Source of the DNA: an uncultured Nitrososphaerota archaeon
GTDB taxonomy: Archaea; Thermoproteota; Nitrososphaeria; Nitrososphaerales; Nitrosopumilaceae
Length of the DNA stretch: 64,000 nucleotides
Reading direction: 5' to 3'
NCBI GenBank assembly: GCA_963824385.1
Contig: CAWGPD010000002.1
Location: forward strand, 96,001-160,000
Position 1 is the first letter of the stretch; every line of letters starts with the position of its first letter. The notes beneath the pieces were generated by a model. It worked only from the letters and a program-made list of their open reading frames with translations. It did no database searches and was not told where the DNA came from. Positions 10,543 to 21,336 of the stretch are shown here, piece by piece. The position numbers and the translations under genes were made by a program.

Positions 10543-11124
10543 TCATTTGATGTGTTTTAGTACATTATCTCTTACTTGTTGATGAACTTGATCTTTGCTT
10601 TGTGATGCATTTACAATGTACCAGCCATATTTTTTTGCAAGTTTTCTGTATGTATTAGCAATTTTGAGTGCAAATGTTTTATCTTTCTCAAATTTATCAC
10701 GTCTTTGTTTTTTTCTAGAAAATGAATCTGAAACCTTGACATCAAGTAAGATGACCATGTCTTCTTTTGGAAGACCCTTGTCTAGATTTTCAAGCCACTT
10801 CAAGTCAAGTCCGTTTACTGTTCCATATACCAAATTAGATTGATAATAGCGATTCATGATAACAACATAATTTTTTGAGAGAGCATCTTTGATATCTTTT
10901 GATCTTTCCCATCTGTTTGCGGCAAGAAGACAATGTATTACTTGTGGAGGAAACTTTCGCTTACCACTAAGAAAATTTTTGATCTCTTTTCCAACAGGAG
11001 TGGTATAGTCTGGAAAACTAAATGTTATAGATTTCTTGTGCTTGGTTTTTAAAAAATTTCCCAATAATTTTGATTGGGTTTTTTTTCCAGCCTGATCAAA
11101 GCCTTCGATAACTATAATCATCAA
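10543..11124 (-). CDS. tmk: Thymidylate kinase
   Basis: IEGFDQAGKKTQ P-loop, FP motif, NRYYQSNLVYG. Confidence 0.93.
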   Translation of the reverse strand: MMIIVIEGFDQAGKKTQSKLLGNFLKTKHKKSITFSFPDYTTPVGKEIKNFLSGKRKFPPQVIHCLLAANRWERSKDIKDALSKNYVVIMNRYYQSNLVYGTVNGLDLKWLENLDKGLPKEDMVILLDVKVSDSFSRKKQRRDKFEKDKTFALKIANTYRKLAKKYGWYIVNASQSKDQVHQQVRDNVLKHIK

Positions 11125-11201
11125 ATCCTATTGAATTGAGCAGTAGATAAATTGTGAATTGAACTAAGGTTTAATAATAAAAAAGCGCTAAACACTACTA
11201 A

Positions 11202-11585
11202 ATGGGCTTTGGTAATTACATGGTAAAAGAAGTCATGAAAGAAATAGGTAACAAATCACGCGAGTTCTATGAATTCATTCTTCCTCCTGTAGACATGATT
11301 TTACAAAATGATAGCCTCATAGTAACAATTGACATGCCAGGCTTTGACAAGAAAGAGATAAAGCTTAGGCTAAATGGAAACATCCTTTCAATTAATGCAA
11401 AAAGAGAAGATGAGATAGAAGGAACAGTCATCTGGAGACAGAGACCCAGATTAATTGATAAAAAAGTAAGACTCCCAATTGAGGTAAAAGATGATGAAGA
11501 TCCAGGTGCATCTGCAAAATATCATGATGGTGTACTCACCTTTACTATTCCAGCAAAGACTGGAAAAAATATCACAGTAGAATAA
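11202..11585 (+). CDS. Small heat-shock protein (Hsp20/alpha-crystallin)
   Basis: PPVDM, DMPGFDKKEI, AKYHDGVL. Confidence 0.9.
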   Translation: MGFGNYMVKEVMKEIGNKSREFYEFILPPVDMILQNDSLIVTIDMPGFDKKEIKLRLNGNILSINAKREDEIEGTVIWRQRPRLIDKKVRLPIEVKDDEDPGASAKYHDGVLTFTIPAKTGKNITVE

Positions 11586-13137
11586 TTAATGTTCTCTTAG
11601 TATTACAGAGATTCCCATAATTACAATAGAGCCAATCATTCCAATTTCTCCAGCTAGATAATTTATTGAATACAAAATTGTAGATCCAACAAAGACTGCT
11701 GCAGAGAGAATACTGCCAGAAAGTAAAATGGTTCTTGATTTTGGTTTGTTTGCTTGCATGTTTTTATTTTGTTCCAAGAATTGTCTAATTTCTGGAACTA
11801 TAGCAATTGCAGAATCTATTGATTTTACAAATTTGTTAAATGAGATCTTGAGTTCTTCAACGTATGCATCTCGTATAATATTTTCTTCTTCTAGAATATT
11901 TTGCAATACATTGATGAATCTAAAGTTGACTTTATGTGTCAAGTATATTCCTTCAAGTATTGATGTCATCCTCATGTAAAGTGCAAGGTGTTTTGGAAGC
12001 TTGAAAGGAAATCTACTCATTGTTTTGTTTGCAAGATCCATCAGTGCCCTGACTTCCATTCTATCTACTTTTGTTCCATGAAAAGCTTGAATTGAAAGTG
12101 CAATTCCTTTTTCTATAATATTTCTGTCAAATCCCGGCATGAGCATGCCAAGATCGTCCATCGCAGCAACTGTTCTTGCAGGCTCTCTTTCAATTAGTGC
12201 AAGATAGAGTCTGATCAATTTCAGACGAGTTTTGCTGTCAAGTCTTCCAACCATGCCAAAATCATAAAGTATCAGCGAGCCATCATTTGCAACAGTGATG
12301 TTTCCAGGATGAGGATCTGCATGAAACAGATCATGCCTTAACAACATCGTAAAAAACACCTTGTGTGCTCTCACAACAAGCTGTTCCCTATCAATTCCTG
12401 CCTCATCAAGGGCTTTTACATTGGTTATCTTGATACCTGGAAGGTATTCCATGGTGAGTATGTTCTGGCTTGATCTGTCATCTATTACAGATGGAATTCT
12501 TAGTTTAGGATAACCTTCCATGTTTTTCTTTATAGCTTTAAGATTTTTAGATTCAATTCTATAGTCCATTTCTTCATGGATCGTCTCAATAAACTGTGAA
12601 AGCATTGCTTCTGCAGAATATCTAAGATTTGGATCAACAAACTTCATTGCAAATGGGATAATTTTTTTAAGAACATGGATATCTTCTTCAACTACTTTTT
12701 CAATTCCTGGCCTTTTGACTTTGATTATAACATCTTTGCCTCGCAACTTTGCTTTGTATACTTGACCAAGTGATGCACCAGAAATTACAGTAGTATCGAC
12801 AAATTCAAAATTCTGATCCATCGGTCCCAGATCTTTTTCTATGATTGGTCTTACTTTGTCAAATGATTCAGCAGGAACTTCATCTTGGAGCTTTGCAAGC
12901 TCTTCAAGATATGGTTGCGGTAAAATATCTGCTCTTGATGATAACCATTGGCCTAGTTTTATGTAAACAGGACCAAGTGATATGAATGTCTTAAGAGGCT
13001 CTTCTTGCGTTTTTTTGATATCTTTTAAGATCAACATTTTTTCCTTGTTTTCTTACCCATTCTCTCCTATCTTTCCTTAAAGCAAATACAACTGGCATGA
13101 GTTTAAGAAAGGTTCGAATTGTATGAAATTGTGAAAT
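11586..13137 (-). CDS. AarF/ABC1/UbiB family atypical kinase (frameshift ~12998)
   Basis: LGPVYIKLGQ, ASLGQVY, VKVKRP-like and HADPHPGN/YDFG motifs. The N-terminus (..FLKLMPVVFALRKDRREWVRK..) lies in another frame up to ~13137; start codon uncertain. Confidence 0.88.
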
Positions 13138-13149
13138 CGTAATTCCCTC

Positions 13150-13542
13150 CTAGAATTCTTTCAGTTTTTTTACGAAAGAATAACTTGCGTATCCTGTTAT
13201 TGCAGATACAACTAGTCCTGCTAAAATAGATGTACTTTTTGATAGAGGCATATTTTTTTGTAATTTGTAAATACTTGATGCAACTTTTTTTCCAGTAATG
13301 ATTCCACTTGCTATACCAATTAGAATTTCAGGGGCATCATGTATAAGATGACCTAATGGATCTTGTCTTGGATCAACTTTGTCCATGTGAACAAGATACT
13401 TGTCATCATATTCTCGAATGTGTAGATTTCCATAGCGATATTGTTTTGTTGCACCATTTTTTTGACCCAAGACTGTTTCTTTGGCTTCTTCAGGCATAAA
13501 ATGGCGAACCTCTTTTGGGATTTCAATTTCATCCCATGTCAT
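13150..13542 (-). CDS. Conserved archaeal hypothetical membrane protein
   Basis: QYRYGNLHIREY...HMDKVDP...PLGHLIHDAPE plus hydrophobic C-terminus. Confidence 0.7.
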   Translation of the reverse strand: MTWDEIEIPKEVRHFMPEEAKETVLGQKNGATKQYRYGNLHIREYDDKYLVHMDKVDPRQDPLGHLIHDAPEILIGIASGIITGKKVASSIYKLQKNMPLSKSTSILAGLVVSAITGYASYSFVKKLKEF

Positions 13543-13575
13543 GTATAAAAAAATGTCTTTCGAGTAAATATACCC

Positions 13576-15225
13576 TTAGCTTGAGTTTTCTACTTTCTTT
13601 TCTAATGGAATTTTTTTCTTTTTTACTTTGAATACAATTCCGCCAATTCCTGCTGCAATTGCAACAAGAATTACTAGCTGTGGTTGGAATATTCCATTGG
13701 ATTGTGCTACTACTGATTTTCCAAATGATACGGTGTCTATTTGAGTAAGTGTGTGAGGTTGTAAAAGTGAATCTTTGTATGTTAAGGTTACCAGAACCTT
13801 TTGATCTCCTGATAATAATGCTCCTGTTGTTGAAGTTACTGGTACGTTAAATGGAGTTGGGGCATCAGTATCAAGGTCGCCCATATATTGGGAGGATTCT
13901 ATTATGGTTGAACCTTCTAGTGGATCAATTGTCACTTGCCCAAACTGACCCAGAGTGTTTCCTTGGTTGAGCACATTTCCTATTATCATTTGCTGGCCGG
14001 CAATCTCTTGTACTTGTACGCCGTAAATTGAGATATCAATCACTGGTCTGATAAATGTGGCAAAGTTTTGCGATTCAATAATTGTAGAACCATCTTTGGT
14101 ATACTGCATGTTCACAACAAAGTTAACGGCTTGATTTTCGATATTTTGATCTGCAAAGACTGGAATTTGTATAGCACTGGTCTCCAATGGATTTATTGAC
14201 TTTACAAACCACTTGTTGTCTTGTAGAATCTTAAAGTCTTGAGAGTTTGCCGTAACTGTAATAGATATGTCAGAAATTTTTGATGGAGACATGTTCTGCA
14301 ATCCCATAGTAAGATTTTGCATCACTCCCATAAGGACATAAGATGGTGTTGAAAGTTTGATCATAGAAGTAGTTGCAGGTCCTACAATAAGATCAACAAT
14401 TCTTGTATCTGATATTTGATTTCCTTGACCGTCAAAGTAGCTCAATAGAAATGGCATATGCAATGTACTGCCTGCTAGATTCTGTGGCACAAATATGTTA
14501 AACGAGTATGGACCTGATGATGCTGCAGGTACAGTACCTATATTCCAATGATGTTGATCTATTACAACATTTTGCAAGTTAGAACCTGCATCGGATGAAT
14601 TTGTTTCAGGAGTTAATGTAATGTCTACATTATTGAGACCGGCAGTACCTGTATTAGAGACTTCAACTGTAACTTGATTATTTGTTGCTGGCTGTAAGAA
14701 TGGATCATCTGCTTTTATGTTAAGAAGTCCTTTTCCTGTTAGCTTGAAATCAAAGTCAAAGAAGACTTGTCGTAGACCAACTTCTCTGACTACAGTATAA
14801 GTTAGTTTTACTGTTCCAGAATAGTCATGCACAGGTAACGACTTGTCTACATTTAGATAAAATGTTAATGTAAATGAACTGCCAGCAGTTGCAGCTTGCG
14901 CATTGTCTGCCTCAATTAGTCCTCCTGCTGAAGTGGCGGGTGTGAATTGTGTAGGCAAGTCTAGAAATCCATTGATTCCAGTAATATCTTCTGTACCAAC
15001 ATTTGCAAATACCATTGTAAATGGAACATTTTTGTCTCCTGGTTGGACTTCAATTTTTTGATTTGGATATCCAAAGTATGAATCAAGAATCTTGACGTCT
15101 GCAAATTCATGCTCAAATGGAGATCCTCCTGGCACAAGCTGTTCTGGTGCACTTTGTGCATAAATTGGTATTATTAATTGTCCTCCAAGTAATACTGCAA
15201 TCAGAATAATTGTTTTGTATATCAT
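13576..15225 (-). CDS. COG1361-like (S-layer/CARDB Ig-repeat) membrane-anchored protein of ABC operon
   Basis: Signal peptide, repeated beta-sandwich motifs (N-x-G-T), C-terminal TM plus Lys tail; GGAGG SD upstream. Confidence 0.78.
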   Translation of the reverse strand: MIYKTIILIAVLLGGQLIIPIYAQSAPEQLVPGGSPFEHEFADVKILDSYFGYPNQKIEVQPGDKNVPFTMVFANVGTEDITGINGFLDLPTQFTPATSAGGLIEADNAQAATAGSSFTLTFYLNVDKSLPVHDYSGTVKLTYTVVREVGLRQVFFDFDFKLTGKGLLNIKADDPFLQPATNNQVTVEVSNTGTAGLNNVDITLTPETNSSDAGSNLQNVVIDQHHWNIGTVPAASSGPYSFNIFVPQNLAGSTLHMPFLLSYFDGQGNQISDTRIVDLIVGPATTSMIKLSTPSYVLMGVMQNLTMGLQNMSPSKISDISITVTANSQDFKILQDNKWFVKSINPLETSAIQIPVFADQNIENQAVNFVVNMQYTKDGSTIIESQNFATFIRPVIDISIYGVQVQEIAGQQMIIGNVLNQGNTLGQFGQVTIDPLEGSTIIESSQYMGDLDTDAPTPFNVPVTSTTGALLSGDQKVLVTLTYKDSLLQPHTLTQIDTVSFGKSVVAQSNGIFQPQLVILVAIAAGIGGIVFKVKKKKIPLEKKVENSS

Positions 15226-15923
15226 ATCAAACTTGCCTCCAGCTCTTCTCCTTCAAGAATTTTACCGTCTTTTATTGTTACTACTTTGTCAACCTCACCA
15301 AATTGTGGCCTTTCATGTGTGATTATGATAAAAGTCTGGTTAAGCTTTTTGTTCAATGATTTTAGAAGTTGTACTGTAGTCTCTGCTGATATAGAGTCTA
15401 AGGCTCCAGTTGGTTCGTCAGCAAGAACAATGGCGGGCTTGTTTATCAAAGCTCGTGTGATAGCAACCCGTTGAGCTTGTCCTCCAGATACTTTATTTCC
15501 AAATTTATTAAATTGTGATTCAAGTCCGACGGTTTTGAGAAGTGTCTTTGCTTCTTCCTCTGAGCCTTCAAGAGAGCCATGAATTTTTCTTGGTAATATG
15601 ACATTCTCCAAAACTGTCAAGTCACTTAATAGATTTGAGAATTGGAATATGAATCCAAGCTTTGAATTTCTAAATGATGCTAGTTGGTCATCATTGAGAC
15701 TTGAAGTGTCTACTCCATCAATTAGTATAGTGCCGCTTGTTGGCCTGTCAAGTAGGCCTATCATGTTCAGTAGTGTTGTTTTGCCACTACCGGAGCTGCC
15801 TACCACCAGCATAAATTCGCCTCGCTTAACGGTGAGATTGATATTTTTTAATGCCCTAACTGCGGTTTCGCCTTCACCGTACACCTTCTCCAGATTACGA
15901 ATCTCTAGTACGTTATCAGGCAG
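15222..15923 (-). CDS. ABC transporter ATP-binding protein (LolD/MacB/SalX type)
   Basis: GSSGSGKTT, SGGQAQR, LADEPTG. The frame stays open upstream to a CTG at 15923 (PDNVLEIRNLEKVYG). Confidence 0.92.
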   Translation of the reverse strand: MPDNVLEIRNLEKVYGEGETAVRALKNINLTVKRGEFMLVVGSSGSGKTTLLNMIGLLDRPTSGTILIDGVDTSSLNDDQLASFRNSKLGFIFQFSNLLSDLTVLENVILPRKIHGSLEGSEEEAKTLLKTVGLESQFNKFGNKVSGGQAQRVAITRALINKPAIVLADEPTGALDSISAETTVQLLKSLNKKLNQTFIIITHERPQFGEVDKVVTIKDGKILEGEELEASLI

Positions 15924-17115
15924 TTCGCATCGCCTCCACTGGTTGCAGTTGTGTAGCCTTGAATGCAGGGTATATTGATGCTATTATAGTAAGCGTAAAT
16001 GCCAGAATATCAGTTTGAATTAGGCTTGGCCAGTTGTATGAGACCTCCAAAGCTAGACTTCCATTAAATCTCATGTGAGTCTCTTTTGCATAAGTGGTAT
16101 ACCCTATTGCCATGGCTGTTCCCACAATGACTCCCAAAGTGCCTATTACTATTCCCTGAAAGATAAATATCAGTAAAATATCTTTTCTCTTGGCACCGAT
16201 TGCCCTTAGTACACCAATATCACGAGTCTTGTTTGCTACTTGCATCATTTGGATTGTTACAACACCAAAGGCAGATGAGACCATTCCGAAAAGTCCTACT
16301 AGATTAATTAATGCAATACCTGACCTGAAACCGCTAAGTTGTGTTTCTGCTGCTTGTTGTATTGTCTGAGCTTTGAAATTATCAGCGCTTGATGGAAATG
16401 CGTCAAGGAAAAGTGTCTTGGTAAAATTTGCCTTTGTTGGATCATTTAGTTTGACAAGAATTTCTGAGGTTTGGCCAGGTCTTTGTAGCATTTCTCGCAT
16501 TGTATCAATGTTTATCATTACACCATTATCATATCCGTTATTTCCAGCAGTCTCTGATGTTCCAACAATTACAAATCTTTTGAGTACATCATTACCAAAT
16601 TGATCATGAATTTTTAGTTTTACAGTATCTCCAATCTTTGGGTATCCAAGATCCCTGTCAACAAGTATTCCTAAAACTATCGAATCCCTTGTTGAAACAT
16701 AATGACCTTTTACAGCTTGAAATAAGGTAGATGCTTGTTCATCCCATACTGGATTTACTCCCACCATTTGAAATGGAACATTAATGTCCTGAATTAGTTG
16801 GCCATTTACGGTCGAGTTTATGGAATATACTTGTGTGAATAGTCTTGGTGCTGCTCCTTGAACCCACGGAATTCTATCAAGCCAGTTTACTAACATAAAA
16901 TCATTTCTTGAAATGAAATCTCCTCTTTTTGTAATGTACACATTTCCATACCTATAGTTGACCAAATCTCTCACAATAGCATCATACAAACCTTGGAAGA
17001 TTACAGAATTTACCGAAACAACCAGTATAGCAATAGCAATTGCCAAGCAGGCTGCAATCAAACTGCCTTTTTTTCTTGTGATAAATCTAATGCCTATCTG
17101 GGCTCTATAATCCAC
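15916..17115 (-). CDS. ABC transporter permease (LolE/MacB/FtsX type)
   Basis: TM1, large extracellular domain, RDIGVLRAIGAKRKDI, ASIYPA..A motif; probable GTG start at 17115. Confidence 0.9.
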   Translation of the reverse strand: MDYRAQIGIRFITRKKGSLIAACLAIAIAILVVSVNSVIFQGLYDAIVRDLVNYRYGNVYITKRGDFISRNDFMLVNWLDRIPWVQGAAPRLFTQVYSINSTVNGQLIQDINVPFQMVGVNPVWDEQASTLFQAVKGHYVSTRDSIVLGILVDRDLGYPKIGDTVKLKIHDQFGNDVLKRFVIVGTSETAGNNGYDNGVMINIDTMREMLQRPGQTSEILVKLNDPTKANFTKTLFLDAFPSSADNFKAQTIQQAAETQLSGFRSGIALINLVGLFGMVSSAFGVVTIQMMQVANKTRDIGVLRAIGAKRKDILLIFIFQGIVIGTLGVIVGTAMAIGYTTYAKETHMRFNGSLALEVSYNWPSLIQTDILAFTLTIIASIYPAFKATQLQPVEAMRTA

Positions 17116-17131
17116 AAATGATAAAGTAATA

Positions 17132-17176
17132 GTCTGATATTTAATGTTATAGTGTAATAATTCTAACATATCAGAC
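17132..17176. promoter_or_regulatory. 9-bp inverted repeat GTCTGATAT...ATATCAGAC in the divergent ABC operon/Lrp promoter region
   Basis: Read directly; inner ATGTTA/TAACAT pair is also present. Confidence 0.45.
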
Positions 17177-17232
17177 ATTTATATATACAAGATGTTTATT
17201 TTGATATAATTAATGAGGTATTGCTATAAGAT

Positions 17233-18138
17233 ATGGACAAATTAGACATACAAATTCTCTCACATTTACTCAATAATTGTAGAAAACCAGATCGCCAAAT
17301 AGGTAGTGAGATTGGCATCTCAGGTGTTGCTGTAAAATCAAGAATACAAAAAATGATTCAAAATAAAATAATTGAAGAATTTGCCTTGAAAATTGAACCT
17401 CCTGTTTTGGGGTTTAGCGTCTTGTATTTTGTGGTAATAGGAAAAGAGATGGACCATATTTTAGATCAAATAAGATTGATCGGAGAACCATTTTATGTTG
17501 TTCCATGTGTTGGTGGAGTTACTGTTTGCAGTATTGTAGTAAAAGAAGATCCTGCAAAAAAAATGGAGCTTGCACAAAACTTGTTACGTGATGTTAGAGT
17601 GCTTAGTATATTTGAAGCAAAAAATCCAGAGATAAGATCAGATCTGACGAAAACAGATATTGAGATAATTGATATCTTGCTAAAAGATCCAAGATTGAAG
17701 ATAGAAGTGATTGCAAAGAAATCTGGTTTTTCAACAAAGACTATAGCTCGCTCACTTGAAAAATTACAAAATGATGAAGCAATACAATTTACGGCAATAT
17801 ATAATCCAAAAAATATGGGCGAGTTTATTCCATTTGCAGTTTTGGTTACAGTAAAAGGAGAGATCAAAACAACACTTGTAAAACTTGATAAAGTATTTTC
17901 AAAATCATTTTTACAAAAGCCATTTGTTCATATGAACCAGATTGTTCTATTCATGTATACAAATAATGTGTACAAGATGGATGATCTTGCTCAAGAGGTA
18001 CATGAAATTGATGGGATACAGTCAGTTGATCTTTTTATGCCAAAGAATATAACATTTCCACAAAAATGGGCAAGAGATGCAATTGTACAAGCAAAGAAAT
18101 CAAAGAGACTTCACCTTATGTCTGAGATACATTCATAA
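17233..18138 (+). CDS. Tandem Lrp/AsnC-family transcriptional regulator
   Basis: Two HTH units (MDKLDIQIL...; LTKTDIEIIDILLKDPR...), each followed by a RAM-like domain. Confidence 0.85.
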   Translation: MDKLDIQILSHLLNNCRKPDRQIGSEIGISGVAVKSRIQKMIQNKIIEEFALKIEPPVLGFSVLYFVVIGKEMDHILDQIRLIGEPFYVVPCVGGVTVCSIVVKEDPAKKMELAQNLLRDVRVLSIFEAKNPEIRSDLTKTDIEIIDILLKDPRLKIEVIAKKSGFSTKTIARSLEKLQNDEAIQFTAIYNPKNMGEFIPFAVLVTVKGEIKTTLVKLDKVFSKSFLQKPFVHMNQIVLFMYTNNVYKMDDLAQEVHEIDGIQSVDLFMPKNITFPQKWARDAIVQAKKSKRLHLMSEIHS

Positions 18139-18162
18139 CATATTATTTTATAATTTCATAAA

Positions 18163-18675
18163 ATGAGAAAAAATGTCTTCAAGGGAAGAGTTCTCTCACT
18201 AAGTCTTTACACTTTATCCATCAACAAACGCAAAGTTACAAGAGAGGTAATAGAGCATCCAGGTGCAGCAGCAATACTTGCCATCGAGGATGGCAAGGTA
18301 CTTCTTGTGAGACAGCATAGATTCCCGCATGGGTATGTGCTTGAAATCCCTGCAGGAACATTGGAAAAACGAGAAAAACCTCTAAAGTGTGCCTACAGAG
18401 AACTTCGTGAGGAGACAGGACATACGGCAAAGAAGATGACCCCATTGATCAAGTACTATCCTTCAATTGGTTACAATACAGAAATCATCCATTGTTATCT
18501 GGCATCAGGAATCAAAAAAGTAGGTAATCTGCAGCTTGATCATGATGAGATAATGTCTGTAGTCAAGATGGATTTTAAAAAAGTAATCAGGATGATAATG
18601 GCTGGAAAAATTACCGACTCAAAGACAATATGTGCAGTCTTGACATATGCAATAAAGAAAAAATATCAAGTATAA
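18163..18675 (+). CDS. NUDIX hydrolase (ADP-ribose pyrophosphatase-like)
   Basis: EIPAGTLE...CAYRELREETG Nudix box. Confidence 0.92.
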   Translation: MRKNVFKGRVLSLSLYTLSINKRKVTREVIEHPGAAAILAIEDGKVLLVRQHRFPHGYVLEIPAGTLEKREKPLKCAYRELREETGHTAKKMTPLIKYYPSIGYNTEIIHCYLASGIKKVGNLQLDHDEIMSVVKMDFKKVIRMIMAGKITDSKTICAVLTYAIKKKYQV

Positions 18676-19643
18676 ACTGGTTTTACCAAGTCTGCAACAT
18701 CTGCCCAACATCTTGACAATTTTTCAAATGCAAATACAAGATTTATCAATTGCATTGACCCTTGTTTTTTTGGATCAAGTGCTGAACCAACATCTGACAT
18801 CTTTTTCTGATAATTTCTATGAAGTGTTATTGCCTCAATTGCAAGTTTTCTATTGTTTTCAATAAATGATCTAATTGATTTTTCATGGACATCCTCTATC
18901 TCAGTTGCAACATTATAGAGTTTTTTCATATCAGCCTTTGGCATTGGCAACTCCGAGATAGAGTGTGCTAGTTCAATAATTGTGTCCCCTGCAGTTTCTA
19001 GTAAGTTTGCTGCTATCCTATAATCTAGAATATCTATATTTCCCAAATTTAGTGCAGTGGCAAGTTTCTTGTCAACCATTGCACTTCGAATTAATCTTAC
19101 AAGCAAAAAATACTGTCTGTCAATCTCATCATCTCTGCTTGACATTGTTTGCAATACTGACTTGTCATCCGATATGAGACACAATATTGTATCACGAAAC
19201 ATTCCAAGAACAATCGAACTCATTCTCTTGAGAATTTTATCTGGACTTAGTGTTGTTGCATCTAATAGAAATTGTACATTTACATTTGATGTGTCCTCCT
19301 CAACTATTTCCATTCCAACAAGTCTACGCATTAATCTTCGAATCTTTTCTCTGTCTTCTATTGAGATTGATGATTTTCCTTTTATCTTGATTATATCGTA
19401 ACCGATTAGATATGCACCTGTAACATATGCACTAATGTTTTCTTGTTTTGAAACGGGATATTCTATTACAACTTCATTTGGAGGTCTGCTACCACCAGTT
19501 GGAGTAATTGAGACACTATTGGTTCCGGTTTCAATCTCTACCTCATCACTTTTTTCAAGTTTGTTTGCTTGAACCCACTCTATTGGAAGAGATACCAAGA
19601 TACTGCTTCCAATCCTTTGTAGGCGTCGAATAAATTTAGTCAA
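18666..19643 (-). CDS. AbrB-PhoU phosphate uptake regulator
   Basis: RRLQRIGSSILVSLP AbrB domain; RDDEIDR PhoU repeat. Confidence 0.88.
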   Translation of the reverse strand: MTKFIRRLQRIGSSILVSLPIEWVQANKLEKSDEVEIETGTNSVSITPTGGSRPPNEVVIEYPVSKQENISAYVTGAYLIGYDIIKIKGKSSISIEDREKIRRLMRRLVGMEIVEEDTSNVNVQFLLDATTLSPDKILKRMSSIVLGMFRDTILCLISDDKSVLQTMSSRDDEIDRQYFLLVRLIRSAMVDKKLATALNLGNIDILDYRIAANLLETAGDTIIELAHSISELPMPKADMKKLYNVATEIEDVHEKSIRSFIENNRKLAIEAITLHRNYQKKMSDVGSALDPKKQGSMQLINLVFAFEKLSRCWADVADLVKPVYT

Positions 19644-19705
19644 TTTATACTAATTTATATTATTTAATGATCATTTTTATATTTTTTCATTAGTTTAAGC
19701 TATTC

Positions 19706-20590
19706 ATGCAAGCAGTAGCCTTTGCACCAGGTCACATTACAGGTTTTTTCAAAGCAGAAATAGAGCCAAGAGAGCCTGAGCAAAAGGGTTCAATTGGTGC
19801 TGGATTTTGTATTAAAGAAGGTGTAACTACAAAGGTAAAGGTTACAAGCTCTGATAAACCTGGATTTAAGATTACAGTAACTGGTTACAAGTCAGATAAT
19901 ACTCAAGTTTCAGAATTTGTCGTAAAGGAATTTTTTAAAATTGTAAAAGGAAATTATTTTTTAGATATTGAACATGATACTACAATTCCAGTGGGCTTTG
20001 GTCTTGGCTCAAGTGGTGCTGTTGCTCTAAGCTTAGCGTTTGCTTTAAACAAGGCACTTGAGACTAATTTATCCAGAACAAAAATAGGTCAGATTGCACA
20101 TAATGCAGAAATTTACTGCAAGACAGGACTTGGAACTGTATTATCATCATATCATGGAGGATTTGAGATCAGAACAAAACATGGAGCTCCTGGAATTGGT
20201 AGCCTACAAAAAATTCACACAGATTATTCTGCAATTGTAATTTGCTTCTCTCCAATATCAACAAAACAATTTATCAAGACTGAACTTTCAAAGATTAACG
20301 GTCTTGGAGGAAAGATGGTTATAAAATTATTAAAGTCAAGAGATCAGATGGAATTTTTAGACATGTCACTTGAATTTGCAAAGTATGTTGATGTCATTAC
20401 ATCACAAATGCAGCAAGTAATTGATGACCTGGCCCAGAATGGATTCAAGTCAGGAGTTGCAATGTTTGGAGAGACCATCTTTACGCTAGTTCCAAAAAGA
20501 AAAGAATCTCAAGTAATAAAAATTTTAGAAAAATATGATGGAATGATAATAAAGACAGAAATAGACAAAAGTGGAGCTAGAGTCTCCTAG
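19706..20590 (+). CDS. Pantoate kinase (GHMP family, archaeal CoA pathway)
   Basis: FAPGHITGFF, GSIGAG, PVGFGLGSSG; first gene of the CoA cluster. Confidence 0.9.
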   Translation: MQAVAFAPGHITGFFKAEIEPREPEQKGSIGAGFCIKEGVTTKVKVTSSDKPGFKITVTGYKSDNTQVSEFVVKEFFKIVKGNYFLDIEHDTTIPVGFGLGSSGAVALSLAFALNKALETNLSRTKIGQIAHNAEIYCKTGLGTVLSSYHGGFEIRTKHGAPGIGSLQKIHTDYSAIVICFSPISTKQFIKTELSKINGLGGKMVIKLLKSRDQMEFLDMSLEFAKYVDVITSQMQQVIDDLAQNGFKSGVAMFGETIFTLVPKRKESQVIKILEKYDGMIIKTEIDKSGARVS

Positions 20591-21336
20591 TGTTAATTCC
20601 AAAAACACATCCTAGGGCTGCATCCCTGTATATCAGAGAAAAGCTTGTTCAAGGATTCAGAGACGGTCTGGTTGTAGAAGAAGGTCTTTTGGCCCATGGA
20701 AGAGGTGAGATGTTTGATTATCTCATAGGAGAAAAGACATCAAAGACTTCTCACAAGGCAATCAAGGCTGCTGCAAGAACACTTGTCATGGCTAAATTAC
20801 CTGTAATATCAGTAAATGGTAATCTTGCTGCACTCTGTCCAAAAGAGATAATAGAATTATCCAAAGATTACAGGCGCAAAAATTGAAATAAATCTGTTTT
20901 ATGCAAGTGAGAAACGAAAAAAAGTCATTGCCCAGACCTTGAGAAAAAATGGTGCCAAAGAAATATTGGGAATTGATCCTAAATTTTCAAAGAGGATTCC
21001 GAAACTTGACAGTGCAAGAAGGATTGTAGACAAACGCGGAATATTTTCTGCAGATGTTGTTCTAGTGCCATTGGAAGATGGAGATAGAACAATTGCATTA
21101 AAGAAATTTGGAAAAAAAGTAATTGCGTTTGATTTGAATCCAATGTCACGAACTGCACAGACTGCAGATATTACAATTGTAGACAATGTTATTAGAGGAA
21201 TGAAAATATTAATTGAGGTTTGTAAAAGATTATCAAAAGAAGAACTGGTGGAGAAATAAAGTTTGACAACAAAAATAACTTGAAAAAATCAATTCTTACC
21301 ATAAGAAAAAACTTGAGGAAAATAGCGAATGCCTAA
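20590..21336 (+). CDS. 4-phosphopantoate--beta-alanine ligase (PPS), frameshifts ~20865 and ~21240
   Basis: IPKTHPR..SL..RE, AHGRGE.FDYL, PLEDGDR, DLNPMSRT. The C-terminal FDNKNNLKKS lies in a third frame segment ending at the TAA at 21336. Confidence 0.88.
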
